Source: Ophelia neglecta
Taxonomy: Eukaryota
DNA length: 64,000 nucleotides
Reading direction: 5' to 3'
Assembly: GCA_965285935.1 (NCBI GenBank)
Contig: OZ260662.1
Span: 94,054,001-94,118,000, forward strand
Both the position numbers and the translations under genes were made by a program. Below the pieces are notes generated by a model that was not told where the DNA came from, made no database searches, and saw only the letters and a program-made list of their open reading frames with translations. Below are positions 12,330 to 26,470 of this stretch, piece after piece. Within the stretch, counting starts at the first letter, position 1; each line of letters opens with the position of its first letter.

Positions 12330-12889
12330 TTATAGGGAATCCTGTAACTGCTTAAACGCCCTGTGTTGCATTTGAATGATTATCTCCGGCTTTTTCGTGA
12401 AAACATACATTGTTCAATGGTTAACCACAAGTTATCTATATATGTCCAAACTGACTGGCGGGTGACAAGCCTGTATCCTCATGAAACATCATCAAATTTG
12501 TTTGACATCATGTTACATGTTTCTTACGTCCAAATGCCACATTATCAATCATAGCAGACGTTATTAAACTGACATACTAGGTAAGGTAGAGATCTTTGCA
12601 CGAGATGACATTACAAGAATGTTCATCCGACTAATACCAACGAGATATTGCACACAAGCATGTACATACACATTTGCGTCAACTGTGTGGATGTCCATAG
12701 CATATGATACATTCGGTCACGATCCAATGATATTTTCTAACTATTAAGTACACACGCTCCTGCGTAGAGTTCTAATGTCTCTGGCAAGGTTTGGGTAAGG
12801 GGCGGAGCTAAAAGGATGAAGCTGGGTGGATGGTCCCTAACCCGCCAACTGGTAATAACAAGCTGTAGTTCATATTATCACATCAATTA

Positions 12890-13165
12890 ATTTCCTGTTC
12901 ATTAGACCGTTAGGTCTCCTGGCTGAAAAGTCCCTCCAACCCAAAACCCTACACTATACCTTAGATAAACCAGTGTTTTGCGACCGAGGGACGAAAAAAC
13001 CCATGATTTCCAGACCACAAAAAAACTAGGACTCCTAGACCGGCGGACATAAAATACTGTGGTTTAAAGGCCGGGGGACTCCTGGGTTTAAGTTTTCATT
13101 ATAGTTAAGAGTTTCCGGAGGACATTCTAGCCAGCGGTCCTTTAATCTTTACACAGGGATTTACA
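12890..13165. repeat. Possible degenerate MITE with imperfect inverted ends and internal subrepeats
   Basis: ggtctcctggctgaaaagtccctcc (~12912) resembles the reverse complement of ggaggacattctagccagcggtcc (~13117). Internal GACCG.GGGAC/GGACTCCT-like repeats. Confidence 0.3.
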
Positions 13166-14629
13166 CCCCGTCAATATCATTTACCGAACTAAACCGTCAT
13201 AATTGGCCTAAATGACCTTGAAATAACATTCAATATTATTTATTAATAATGCGTACTTCTAGACAATAATTCATAGTTCTGTATATTTGATCACTATTAT
13301 TGTTACTCCATGTACATTCCTTTACAGAATAGTACCCAACGTTTTAGCCGCTGTTTCTATGGATATAATACACTGTTGGGAAATCAGCCCTTGCGAGAAG
13401 CGTTGTTTTGTGAGCCGCAGTACAAAAACAGCTTTTTCAAAAAGCAACTACATGCTTAATGGAGACGCGTTGTCTTGTGAGCCTTATTTATATAGACTGA
13501 TTCATTTCGCGGTTCATAGAACAACGTTTCTCGTTGAGGCGTGTTGTCAAACAGTTTAATAATAATTGATGGTTTCAAACACCTGTTGAAGGTTCAAACT
13601 CTACTTAAAAGGGCATGCATCCGTCCTGACACCATATGACCATAGCGGCCTGTCATCGTCCGACCAGATACACACGATAGAAACACGATACGTAGTCAGG
13701 GTCGGGCTTCCATTGTTTTCAACCGGAGGCAATCATCTGTATTACAGCCACTGGTCCAAATTCTGGTACCAGCAGGAGTCCAGAATGGAGAGTATCCGGG
13801 ATGTTCTGGAACCAGCGCAGTGTCATTCACCATCGGAAATGTTTATCTAGGATAAAATCTGGCTCCAGATGGAATGCGACATTACAAGTTGTTTTTAAAG
13901 GTACACTTGAAGCGTTTAAAACACGAAGGTACCTTCTAGAACCGTGCGGGGGAGTGCACAAAATACGAGAAGGGCGGGCATTCACTGTAGAGACATGAGA
14001 GGCCTTCATACCGTTTTGTTTGCAAGACAAATAGATGCTTTACATCCACACTTTAAAAATATTGATACATATGATGCAGCATTACTCTGCACATTTTGGC
14101 TTTCCACTAAATGACAAGTGTTTAAAGTAATTAAGTATCAGTCAATAATTGGAAGAGTTATTACGTTAAAATATGTAAAGAGTGGTAATGTATTATGCTT
14201 CAGATGTTCTTTTTTTATATACCGGATTGATAGCATACTGTGCCAATGGTATATCAACAAAAACATTCTTGTTGTTTTTCCCTTTCTTACCAGCCAGATT
14301 AATGAGAACTTGATTTGAAAAGGTTTCTTCGAAATGCGCGTGTTCGACAGTGAAGTCACAAACCCTAAGGATTTTCGTCAGTGCTTTGTTTTACACTCTG
14401 TTTTTCAAAGGCAGTGGGTGTGTGTAGGCGCATTCCACGGAAAACATTTCTGATACGCATGTCAGTATATATGCTTAAACGAAGGAATGTAGAGTATGAT
14501 ACATCTTAATTACTTTATTATATAAGCAGATCACCGCTAGCGCCGTATATATATGAGTATAGGTCTACAGCGTATATAAATATAGTCAGGGTACACACTT
14601 ATGCTTTTCTTTCAGTTGGAGCACGTGAA

Positions 14630-15240
14630 ATGTGACTTGTCGAAGCGAGGGTATGTTGGCTTTGTTCAAAGACCCCGTTTGGGATCGTTCTCCCATCCCA
14701 AGTCATTGTGGTTCTTATTTAGTATCTAGTGAAAAACATAAGGAAAGAATGTCTACCAGGACACTGGTTAATGCAATATAATATGGTTTATAAGACACAA
14801 GTACGACTGTGCTGAGATTCCCCATATTAGATGCATTTTTATATACAGTGTGGCATGGTGCAAAAGAGCAAATAAAGATGGAAAGCAGAAAGCACAAATA
14901 ATTAAGTAAGTTGGCTCAGCATCGCCCTGGGATTATACCAACTTAGTGAGTGCCTAGTTATGTTATGCGTACACAAATAAACATAATTTAAACTTGACAA
15001 ACTAATAAATAGTTGAAATAAGGAACAATATTTGATCAATGACTTCCATACATTAGTACACATTTAATGTATATATACATTATGTTAGATATAATGCTTT
15101 GTCTGATATCATCATATATTTGACTATAAATGGTAATAACACGTCTAGACACTTTACTTTCGTTAGGAACAGCATTTGTGAACATAGAGTGCATGGGTAA
15201 TGTAATGATAGCCCCATTAGCATTCGGTCGCATGTTCAAT
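14630..15240 (-). mobile_element. CR1-like LINE reverse transcriptase remnant
   Basis: Ordered motifs: TNAVPNESKVSRRVITIY (G.VP..WK.A.V.PIYK), LCTHNILGTH*VGIIPGRC*ANLL (NNLL...QHGF.PGRS..TNLL), HTVYKNAS (VYLDFSK), YKPYYIALTSVLV, NGVFEQS (SGVPQGS). Confidence 0.6.
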
Positions 15241-18200
15241 TAGCCGAAAAGAAAAAAATATCTTGTGACATGGGAGTGGTTCTATAGGAATTGGGAAATT
15301 TTCGGGGATTTTGTTGTTTGGGTGTTGGGGGAGGGGGGGGGGTGTTGGGGGGCAACTGCTGGGGAACACCACCCTCCTCCAACAAAAATGGGCACATGAT
15401 ATTTATTTCTCCAAATCTGGCCTTGCGCTAACTCTTAGAGTCATTACGTAGTACTATAATGTAACATAACATTATATAGGCCTATGTACCAATAATGTAC
15501 GTTGTAAGACGGTATGGCTAGCCTGAGTCCTGCTGAAGCGGTGCCAAAAATGATGACATATCACTTTGGCCGTTAAAGGAATGCCATATATCAAAAGTAT
15601 ACCCATTTTAATGTTGTCTACAATAGGAAGAATGTGAGTAAAGCTGGAAATTTTCTTGATAATATTAAGAGGTATTTCCGCAACCGTTTATTGCAACATA
15701 TATGCTAGAATGCATTTGTTTTATTCAAAGGATAATTAAACGAAGCCTATCTGATACTCATTGTCAATGAGCATTAATCTTGTCGTCAGCATGACTCCTG
15801 CCTACATGAAAACTAATTGTTTGAACATTATGTTAAGACAATGAGAACACACATGTATGCCAAGAGTCACCTCAGGGGTTAAGTGACTTATTATTGGCTT
15901 TCAATAACAAAGCCTCTTGTTTGATTCACGCGTAAAATAAGTCTAAGACAGAGGGCACCGCAACTATTTATTTGCAAAGTTAATGTTCAATATAAAAAAA
16001 GCCAAGTTTTACCACTAATGTATTGGCCAAGATTGGGATTTAACAGGAAAACATTAAAATAACACGTCTAACTTTGTATACACACTAACTATTGTTCTTA
16101 TGCGCCCACGAGGCCGGTTTTTATCTCTGTATACCAAATATGGAATGATTACGCACGGTCTTGTCGCTGATTTCTGTTGATGGAGGGGTAACAATATAGG
16201 CCAACACATAATATTTTTGAAGGCTTATGCAATATCCGCAGATGTAAAGTGAAATAAATGATGTACTTCCTACCAACATTCCACAACAGTGGTTGCGAAC
16301 ATAGCAAATCGGTCGATATGCTTCATTGTGCATGGTTACATAATGACGTAACGAGTGAATAAGTTAGAAGAAGTATCCAAGGGTTTGGCGTCGAGTTGTT
16401 TAAAACCACATTGGGTAGATACCTTAAATTAAACCAAAAGCCTATCGAAAGAAAAGCGTCGTACCTCAAAAGTATGCCAGATAGCTTTTAAGCTAGGACG
16501 TTTAGTGCAGCTAACCCTGAGCTAAGAAGGCGATTTCAGATACTAGGCATACCTAAATAATATGCGTACTGTATATTGATGTAAAGTTAAACACATTGTC
16601 TGTTTCATCCAGACAATAACATGAATTACTTTCAATATAGCAGCCATCTTTAGTCTCGCTGATTATATAGGATATCAACAGGTTTCACATGCGAACAGTA
16701 AGTAATATGGTAAGTGTATTGCGGGATAAAGCTTTTCTCGGATAAAGCTTATCTCCTCTTTTTCGTAGAGAACCCTTTAACAAATGAGAGAGTCTTTTAT
16801 CATTCTATGTTATTATACCAAATTTTGGCTTTACTAAAAATGATGTCATAACACAAATGCCCTTAGGAACTTCTCTGCCTTTTATCTGAAACGGTCCAGT
16901 ACAATGGCGTTGTCATTGGTTACTATAAAGTGCCCGATGGCTCTCCGCTTTGTCTTAGTCTTCTGAATTTGGCAGTGGATGGCCTAACATATAGTATTTA
17001 TGGTGTTTACAAATAGTTCACATCGTGCATATCCATTTCCCACTCTCTTTAATAATATTTGGCGGTATCAAAGCAGTGTCTTGTTGAAAGCCTGTATTAG
17101 AGAATTGTGTGTTGTGATCATTTTGAAGTGTATGGCGGCTAGCAAGCAAATACAACTGGTACGTCTTACATATTTATTCTGCCCACTTTATTGATTGCGC
17201 TTCCTTTTCTTTCTGGTTTAAAATCTTTTCTGCTATTGCTCGGCTATTGGAATCGACATGCAAGTTCCCTTTTCGTATCACGGGATATGCCAGCTGGAAG
17301 TCCGTTGATCATTGAACTTTACCTCCCTCTGACTATAAACGCATTGGATTGATTGAAACATGCCAGGGTTACGTTTTCACCTGTTATACCATCGTCTCAT
17401 CAAACATATCTTAAGATGATATGGTCTGCTTTTTAGCCAGGGTGTACAGGATTTGGCATTTGCGTTGAATCTGGGGCAAGATCTGCTGCTGGAATCCTTT
17501 ATTGGAGCTATGGAGCTATTCTTTTTCATTCGATATACTTTTGGGATATCGTAGATCCACACTGGCTCTAATTATATGAGTCTACAGCTTTTCATTCTCT
17601 ATATTGGTGTACCTTGGTTTTGGTTTCACAGCTAATACAAACACCAGGTAACTGGTTACCTATCTATTTCCATGCCTTGTTCGAGCCACAACTGTAGTGC
17701 TTCTTGTTGGTTGTATAGCACTGGTCTTGTCTTCTGTGCTACAGGTCAGTCTCCGGTTTCAATCGGGTTTGGAAATCGGCGATTTTTTTTACCTTCCTGT
17801 TTTTTTCAAACCCTTTTTTATACTGAAACATATTTCTCTGTTCTCTCATTTTTTTGTTATTTGAAGGCTGTGTTGATTTTTATTATATCACCACTCGTGA
17901 ATGGTCTTTTTTCTTAATCTGAAAGATATTTGATGAGTACCATGCCCAGTTTGGCGAGTGTTGCTCTGCCGATAAGCTGTGCTGATATTATCTCTCATGA
18001 GTCACCACTAATTTTGTGACTGTGCCACAGGTTTGGTCAGGTTTCTGTGGCTTGAAATTCTTCTTTGACACGTAGCTCTTTTGTAAAGTGTTCAGCGCTA
18101 GGCTTATGGGATTTAGGTTATATTCCTGACACTATCTGTAAAAAGTGCTTTGATTATTGGTGTTTGTTTAGTATATTTACATTTACATCTTCTCAATCGT

Positions 18201-18256
18201 GTGAGGTTAAGACTATATAAGTGTACACTGCGGTACGCTAGCCGTTAACCAGGAAA

Positions 18257-18880
18257 TTGTCTAAACAACTTGCAAGTAACAGAGCTATCTTAAAGTCTCT
18301 TGCAGAAAAAATGTTGCTGATGGGGGGAAATCAGAACGTGGCTGTAACAACCCACACACCTGATGAATGTAATTTCCAGGCTGCGGCGACATATTTGCTG
18401 CCAAATATGGTGATGTCCTGTAGGCTCATCTCGACACGGGCAAATAAACAAGCCTCTCAAACAAAATGTAGGTTTGTGTCAAGTTTTAATGAACATTTTG
18501 ACAATTTTCCGTTTTCTCTTTATAGCCGATGTATCTATTAACATTGGAGATAAGGAACATAAATAATTGCTGCTTCGATTGGTCACAAGATAATGACGTT
18601 AAGTCCATTCACTTAAAGCAAAATTTCTTGGTTTTTACCAGACAGACTCCGAGACAAATAGACAAACCATTAGAGCCACATTTGTAGATGAATTAGTGAG
18701 ATAGTGACTGGATTTACTATGAATGCTGGTTCAGGCTATGATGGGGCAGCGTCAATGACTGGCCATATTGGCGGTGTGCAAACCATGATATGCAAACTTT
18801 ACCCCAAGACATTGTACATTCTCTGTCAGGCACGTGTTAAACATGTGCATTTTTTACTCATCTAGTTAGGAACTTAAAGG
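18257..18880 (+). mobile_element. hAT transposase pseudogene fragment (ZMYM1/PRKRIR-like)
   Basis: SNRAILKSLAEKMLLMGGNQNVA (NR.IL..I...GRQNIA), FIADVSINIGDKEH..LLLRLV (IIADE..D.S.KEQL...RFV), KFLGF, GYDGAASMTGHIGGVQTMICKLYPKTLYILCQA (GYDGA..MSG...GVQ..I...YP.A.Y.HC..H). Many stops and frameshifts. Confidence 0.82.
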
Positions 18881-21800
18881 ACATGGATAATTTATTTCGG
18901 GTACTCGGAGGTTTTTCAGGAGTGGCTTGTCAATAGTGCAGAAGTAAAGGAAGAAAAGTGGAGGCGGATTGAATTAAAACTGTGTGGCGACTGTTTCAGT
19001 GTGTTTGTAAATGCCTTTCAGTTTTCGTGAGTGTGTTGAAAGAGTGGGGGGGGAGGGGTACCAAACGACAAAATACTTAATACAACGAAAGTCAGTGGCG
19101 GTTATGTGGAGGCTTCGAAAGAAGCACGTATTTCTGTAACCGTTCAACAGGCGGAAATGAATAATGATGGCTTGTGGTTGGTCCTTTAGGGCAAAAGGTG
19201 ACAGACAACACAGCAGAAAACATGCTGGGGTCAAAACTGCTTCAGTTTTCTTCGAATTCTAGAAAACTACAACACAACTTTGTGGAACCATTGCCGGGAT
19301 TTTAGGCATAGTTATGATTATACAAGATAATCTAGCTAGTTTGAATGAAGGAAATATTGAACCGGCAGCACGGGAAAACAGAAAAGAACATTAAAATCCG
19401 CATGTGTAAATTCAAATGGCGCTGATGAACTATGGTTCCATAGATATTCTTTGAAACTCTGAAATAAACAAACGAGTGGATTTATCCGGTAATCTATGCA
19501 CATCTCATCACATTCGACGAGAATAGTATATAAACGCCAGATTAAAGGCTCTGGAGCAATGAAATTTCTATTGACTCTTGTTTGCCTCCACAATAATCCG
19601 TGTCCCCCTGTCCCCTACGACGATATATTACGACTCCCTAAAGTACTGTACACGACTTTAACAGCGATTTGACATCCACAGTATAATTTGCATGCCTTGA
19701 ATCTGCTCTTTTTATAATATGTTAACATACACCAAGCCTTTTTACCCAATAAATGCATCTTTCTTGTAGTCGTCCTGTATAACTTAAGTTTGCTCGGACG
19801 ATCGGTAAATTATTTCGTTGCAATTGTATCTAACAATGCCATCTATTAAGAGTATAGATGTGCTCCTACCCTTCATTGAAAATAATATCATTGGAATTGG
19901 CTTCCTCGTTGAGGTGACCAGCGGGGAACTAGCTACTGGACTTCTATTAGGGAGGATAAATTGTATCGTGTTCTTGCAGCAAGGAGATCGGCACATCAGT
20001 ATGGTTTATGTCTCCAAGAGGAGACAATGTAGTATGTTTTTATATTTATCGGTCTACGAGTCACCATATAAGTCAGCACATCAATAGGACGCCGCTTTAC
20101 GGCGGTTTGACCTTGGCCCGAGAGCCTCTCCGTTCTTGTAAAATCGACGACCTGACGACATTAGTCACATAATTCAGCGTTTGAGGAGACACTTGGCTCC
20201 CATATGTCTCGTTATCATCAAACCGTACAACCTGCTGACAGAAATTGATAACAGATTTATTTGTGCCGTCTTCATCTGTTGGGATTTGGTCAACTCGTCT
20301 CTCTATTCAGTTTTGCAGCAATAACAACAATAGCGGAATCATAGAGTCACATTTGTTGAGGACTCTTTCTCATTTTCCTACTATAGTTTGTTGTATTGAG
20401 TTTCATGTATATGCATCCCCGCCCCCTCCCCTCCACACACACACGCACAAACACACCGCTCAGCAATTACAGCCATTCCAAATCATTATGACTCCTCTGG
20501 ATAAAAAAATTCTTTACGCCCAAGACCTGCAGACGATTAACTTTAATAGAAAGATTCTCAATCGTATAAATTGCATCTTGGCATTTCGGAATGGTTAATG
20601 CTTTGTGTGATACATTGCTGGTGTTACGAAATGGAGTCAGATATCATTTGGAGAAATACCTTTAACTCAAAATAAACATTTCGACTTTCTCGATAAATTC
20701 CCAAGTTCATATATGCATAAAAGTACATTGTGAAAATAAAACATGAATATAAAATTAAAAGAATAAAAATGTTTTCAATTCGAAATATACGATTGGTTCC
20801 CAGTACACGTTTTGGGTTCTACAGATATAAAACCATGGTGAATGAATAGAACCGCATGCCATTGTGAGTCCTGCCAGCAGTCTGAGCAGCGACTGTAAAC
20901 TGAATCAGCGTCCACCTTCGGCTACTTATACCTCCGGCAAATGTCTGTACACATTCCGGAAATTGACCACTATTATATCTCGAGAAGTGCATTGATTATA
21001 GCTTCAATTTCCACATCCATCAACACGTGGCCTCGAGGCAGCTGATCGTATTTTGTTTCGACGATCTGCTGGTAGCTTTCATGCTGAACCAGGCCGTATG
21101 TGTCACCTGCCCATTGCCCTGTTGGCATTAATTATCGATTGTAACGGAAGACCTCGTTGCATTTACCTTAGGCGAGAACCTATATACGCGTGTCAAGAAC
21201 AAATATACTGCACGAAACGGAGGTGATTGCTTCTGTTAAAAGCATATAAAACCCATTCAACGTCCATTTAATGATAGAAGAAAAAAAGGAAATGCTCAAT
21301 AATAAACATTATGCACGTGTCAACATTATAATATTGTGAAATAAGAAACTTGTTGGATTGGCAGAGGAGTTAATCACGACTAATAGTATAAATAGCATAG
21401 TACTAATACCATTGATAATAGTAATGATAGGAGTAATAGTATTACTAAAAGTATTACTCATAGTATTAGAGCTTAAACCGTCACAGCGACTCTTGGAACA
21501 TAGTTCATCTCTGTCCTACATTGACCACTGATTCGTTTGTTTTGTGGTCTCATTCGCATCATGGAGAACTGTTGACTACTTCTTACTTATTGAAGTAGTC
21601 AACAATCCATGTTTGTTAAACATATTTTCGCTGTAGATGACTACTAATGAAGAATAATTTTTCTGTCTTCATTTATATATTTACCTTGTCTGCCGCGTAT
21701 CCACCCGTTTAAACGTATTGATCGCAGACATTGGTTTAAATTTATTCACAGTTTTATTTTCATTGTCCGTTGGAATTTTGGTGGATTGTTGTCATCACAC

Positions 21801-22269
21801 TTTATAGCACTAACCTAGATTAGTGTTTCACATTGTTACTGCTCGACTGTCCAGTACATAACAAATGCCGGGAGACACAACTTAAAAGTGATGACCACAC
21901 TCTCTGAACATGCAACAATGAAAAATAACTACCCACTTGAGGGTCATAAATAAATGTTGGCGCTCGATGGCATTCATGTGTCGTTCGGTTGAAATTTAAA
22001 TGCACCCTTGGAATTTACTGACAGATGAGCAATTTCGAAATTCCCTGAATGTACAACTTTGAAATGTTTATTACAACTCTAAATATTTTATTTTGCCCAT
22101 GATATTTAGTCACAGCTAAATTTAATGTCAAGTTTTGAATACTATTTTTATAGCGCCTTAATAAGACGACGCTTAGAGTGGCCATGTTCAATGCCTTCAT
22201 GACACCGCCATTGACGGGAGTTGTCCTGCAGTAGGAAGGTCAGACCCGAAATCATCAAAGAAATTAGGA

Positions 22270-24400
22270 TAGCTAACATTGTGATTGTACGTAGCTAATC
22301 GAATAATTTCAAAATTGCCTCCAAATGTAAACCATTTTACGTGTCAGTTTCAAATAATATCCTGTTGCAAAATCTTTCAAACATGAGGTAAGATAGTTTG
22401 AGAAATACATTGGATTTGCATATATCATTGAATGTGCCCCATTTGTATAAATACAAAATGGCCGCCACCTTCATTAGAAACCAGTGCATATTGACCATTT
22501 TTTGAATTTTCATACCATATCACAAATAAAAAATGTCAAAGAACGCTGTCTATAAATGACATGAACATGAGGAGGACCACATAGGAAATATTGTTCAATA
22601 CATTACCTTCTTATAAAGTCAATTAAAACCAAATCCAAGATGGCCCCCAATTTTATATAGAAAACTGCAAAGCCATTCTACTTTATATTAAATTTAGATG
22701 TCATCAATGCATAATTAAATTAAAGGAAAATATAGTCTTTGCTTTATTCAGGTTATAAAATGTTTGACAACGAAAGTATATGTCTACATGAAAAGAAGGG
22801 TATTTATTCACGGTCATAATGAATCTATCAATGCAAGAAGGAAAAGAATTTCATATTACATTTGAATGAAGATTCAAACTAATGTCCTTGTGGACATGCA
22901 AAGTGCCCTTATGCCTCTTAATATCATGTTTTTATCAGAGTTTATTCAAAGTTTTATTCATAGCATTCAACTGTTTATTTCTTTTCTTTATCAACTTCAT
23001 AGTTCATTCCATATAGTATTTGCCGTCTGCCTGAAGCGATTTCTTGCCGTAAACGAGTAAGAAGATTCAAAATTCAAAGTTGGGTTTTGTGGCTTTTTCA
23101 CCATATTGCCACCTCCAGATGAGCTGTACCCTTCTTTAAAAAAAAACTCATTTGTTGGCGGAAGTCTTTGAAGCTTCGATGCACCACCACTGCTGAGGGA
23201 CACTTTGTTGACAATATTTTCTGTAGGGCGGCAGTCAAGAATTTTCATTCAGGATGGCCATTGAAGGACCACGTGAATTAAATAGCTGGTCAATTGCCTA
23301 ATTAAATGAGCTCATCACATTACCCTCCTTTTCCAATATGTTGCTACAGTATAACACCTTTAACACTGAGGGCAGCCAAAGTATTATTTCTGTCAATAAG
23401 GACCCTGACTTTAACATGACCATTGCCAATAGCTTAGCAAGACTAAGGCATAAGTATCATCACCTACCAATAGAACATTAGAAGTTTCCACGAATAAAAC
23501 TTGGTGAATTATCATACTGTTAACTTTATTATTTTTAAAACCATTTTCCTGCTTTTGGAGAACTACCCCTGAGTTTAGTGCCAGTGGGGAAGGATCATAA
23601 CCGATAATCACCACTTTTCCCCGTAACGATCCTTGTGCAACGCCAAACCCGCCAGATTAGAACCAATCAGTTGTATCGGCAACTTTTCTCTGTTAGGATA
23701 ACCTTTTTCGCCCTTGTCTCTATTATTTCTGTTGCCCTAGAGCTTCCCTTTGTGTACATATAAAAAAGCCCTCAATGACTGTATTGACTCTAGGGTATGG
23801 AGCGTGTTCCTGGTTCGAAAGCCAAACATGTAACAACAAACATGTATTACACCTTTAGTTTGGACTCCGCGTAATCTTTTTTACATTGAAGACTTTAATC
23901 GTGGATAAAACTAAAATACATTTATTTTTATTTTTTTATTTTAGTGTCTGTCCTGTTTTGATTGAAAGTTTCAAGCGAACTGGCGGCTGAGAGCAAAGTT
24001 TTGCTGAAGATATTTTCAGGTCCTAAATTTCTCTTCGAAATGGCCAGAATGGTTTAACCTTCAATTTTTGTCCATTTTGTTATAAGACACTGCCATAGGC
24101 CGACACCCATGACCATAATAGTATAATAGAATTGCCTTGAACTTCCAAATGCCCTTTTAAGGTTATCGTTTCAAAGGAAAATTTAAGTCTTTCGAATAAT
24201 TAAGGTAAATTTACACACTGCAGTGAAATAACAATTTCTGTCACTTGAGTTCTTAAAATGGCATTTATTGCCTAATTGATATATTGGTATTGGGAAATAG
24301 GTTTCCCAAGGCGCTGAGGCATGGCATCAATCGGCCTTATAGATAAGTTCTCCTGGCAAACTACTGATACCACCATAATATGAGCATCAACCGATTATAT
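22270..24400 (-). mobile_element. Academ (AcademX, XPG-nuclease type) DNA transposon remnant including one probable terminus
   Basis: 23411-23614 VIIGYDPSPLALNSGVVLQKQ...NSMIIHQV...VLLVGDDTYALVLL (XPG-like EAD/DDTD region). 22997-23248 KVSLSSGGASKLQRLPPTNE, frameshifting to AHLEVAIW (LPPT..AF..RAHLQVAIW). Subterminal CAAAATGGCCGCC (22454) and CCAAGATGGCCCC (22635) motifs, and a TAG start at 22270. Upstream boundary uncertain. Confidence 0.72.
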
Positions 24401-24899
24401 AGTTTACAAAATGTTAAAGCTTTTAGCAATACACATTGAAATACCCTAAAGCTTATCGAGAAATGATCATTAACATTATCTTAAACTAATCAATGCCTTA
24501 TTGAGAAAACATTTGTTGAATGAAAAGAAGGAATAAGCTAAGTTATTATTCCTGTTCCTCAAAGGCACCGTGCGAGAAAAATAAAATGGCCCCGTGGCAT
24601 AAATTTTAGTACAGCCCTTGTAGCTTCAACTAGACATGTGGGTGTTAATGCCCCTCCTGTGGCACAATGATAACGAGAATGATGATAAGCATACAGTCTC
24701 ACCAGTGAGAACCCAAGAAGTAAATATTCCTCCTCTGGCCCAACGGAGTCTCGAGAGTAGAGAGGTCTCCAGTTGCATAGATGAGTCTCTGGAGTATAAA
24801 CGTGCTCCTATGTCCTACGTATGAATATTAGAAGTATAAAAAAAGGCTCTTTATGGCACAAAAGTGTGTCGAGATGAAAGACGGCTTCCACACATGTGC

Positions 24900-25720
24900 C
24901 ATAATGCTCTATAGGCAGTCATGCGATCCTAAGGAATCTCGGGCAAATCAACAGGTCTCCCCTGGACAGATAGACTAAAGTAAGGCTGGACTACCAAAAT
25001 TATAAAGGAGCCCTTCATGCAATAGTAGCACTTTCTGTTGCCAAAAAATAAATATATCTATAGAGTAGCAATCCGCCAAGCCGGGTTATTAATATCTGTC
25101 GTGAATAAGAGAGGGATTACAGTATCCCAAAGGAGCCGCGAGCAAAGATTCTTTAAAATTAAGCCAGCGGCACATATGTATATAAGGAGTATACGTAAGC
25201 CTGTAGTCGCACAAGGATCTTCGATCATTGGATCTAAAACTATCTGTCACTATCTATAAGCATCAATGTCTTGTCTCAATGTGTCCTGTTTCTTAAGATA
25301 TAACTGTCAGTGTGTTATAATTAATAAATTTGAAGAGGTCCCAAATCGTATCGTTGACAAAGTACGTGCTCTTCCATTACTAGAAGCATTCTTATGCTAC
25401 ATCATCCTCATCACTCTGCTTTCTGCTCCAGACAATCCGAGGCATTTTCGGTAAAATAGTTTCCACTGCTTATCCGGTGTTCAATAAGAGGTTTAATCGT
25501 CAATGGTACATTTAATGAAATACGAATGCCTTCGGGCGATTGATTGCAAGCTTTTACGCGTCTTGCCTGTCGACCATTTTGCTCGAGCACTGCCACCCGG
25601 ACGACAAATTGTAAATTGGAATATGTAGTCGTCTTGCAATGCGCCATAGCAGCGAACTGAACAAGTCCTGCCACTGCATTGACTTTGGCATTTTCCTTTA
25701 ACATAATGCGCAAGCATAAC
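24900..25720 (-). mobile_element. SWIM + YqaJ/lambda-exonuclease ORF remnant (ISL2EU/Kolobok-type DNA transposon cargo)
   Basis: Ordered broken motifs: HYVKGKCQSQ...TICRPGGSARAK (SWIM C.C.AG..G.CKH), KCT, RTLSTIRFG (RLTAS.FG), GLIL...LAAPLG (GL.I...LGASPDG), GGLL, YFSLSVQGR (YY.QVQGQ). Confidence 0.55.
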
Positions 25721-26402
25721 AAAGGTATGATTTGAATGAAAACAAGACAGTTGCTGGAGCATATACTGTATAAAAGGGTAAGCATAATAAAATAAGACAA
25801 ACCTGCAAAGAAATAATAAGTAGTGACACTTGGTTTCTAAAACATAAACGCCATGTTGGAAAAATATGTAGCACATTTACATCTTTAAATTATTTTATTT
25901 CCCAATGAGTCACTGGCCATTGGTATATTGAGGACTTTCTTCGATCTTAGATCTACTTGTGGCAATTAAGATTGGTTCATCAAGTAAACATAAACACGAG
26001 TTCCCCTTTGCGATGACTCATTTTTAGCTAAAGGTATTCATGAAAATGTGAGAAAATCCTTGCATACCACGGCAAATGACAAACTTTGCCTTCTAGACGT
26101 TCATTGCTAAATGATTATTTCCATGTCCTGAATATGTGTATTCCCATAATGAGGACAACCCAAATCAAAGCCTAGATTTTCCTGGAGTTCTAAGCATCCC
26201 ATTACGCCTAGACCCAAGCCATCATTATACCTAGATTCCTTGATGATGGCCAACAGCACATCATAGTCATTTATTGTGTAAATGTTCTAATATAAATAAG
26301 AAACGGGCCCTATTTCGTCCTTAGTGTTGTGGTGCGGCGTGGGTATTCACCCGTTTCAAGCGATGCAAATCGGTTGACCGTCAACCTTGTCTAAAACCGC
26401 CT

Positions 26403-26470
26403 TTGTGTGTTCAGCGATAACGGCAAATTATTGGACTTACAATCCATATCGTCACGGTTCGATACCACCC
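26403..26470 (+). mobile_element. Degenerate tRNA-derived SINE head
   Basis: A-box-like GTTCAGCGATAA, anticodon-arm-like hairpin TGGA-CTTACAA-TCCA and B-box GGTTCGATACC at tRNA-like spacing. No intact acceptor stem, so not a tRNA gene. Confidence 0.45.

Noticed and set aside
19784-19996. SGNH esterase-like LINE ORF1 (SILLIDGIVR vs GDS.VR)
   Set aside because: One degenerate motif only; not enough to call.
26403-26470. tRNA-Val(TAC) gene
   Set aside because: An anticodon-like hairpin and B box are present, but there are no acceptor, D or T stems; treated as a SINE relic. Weaker B-box-like sites at ~29765 (minus) and ~56155 were not called.
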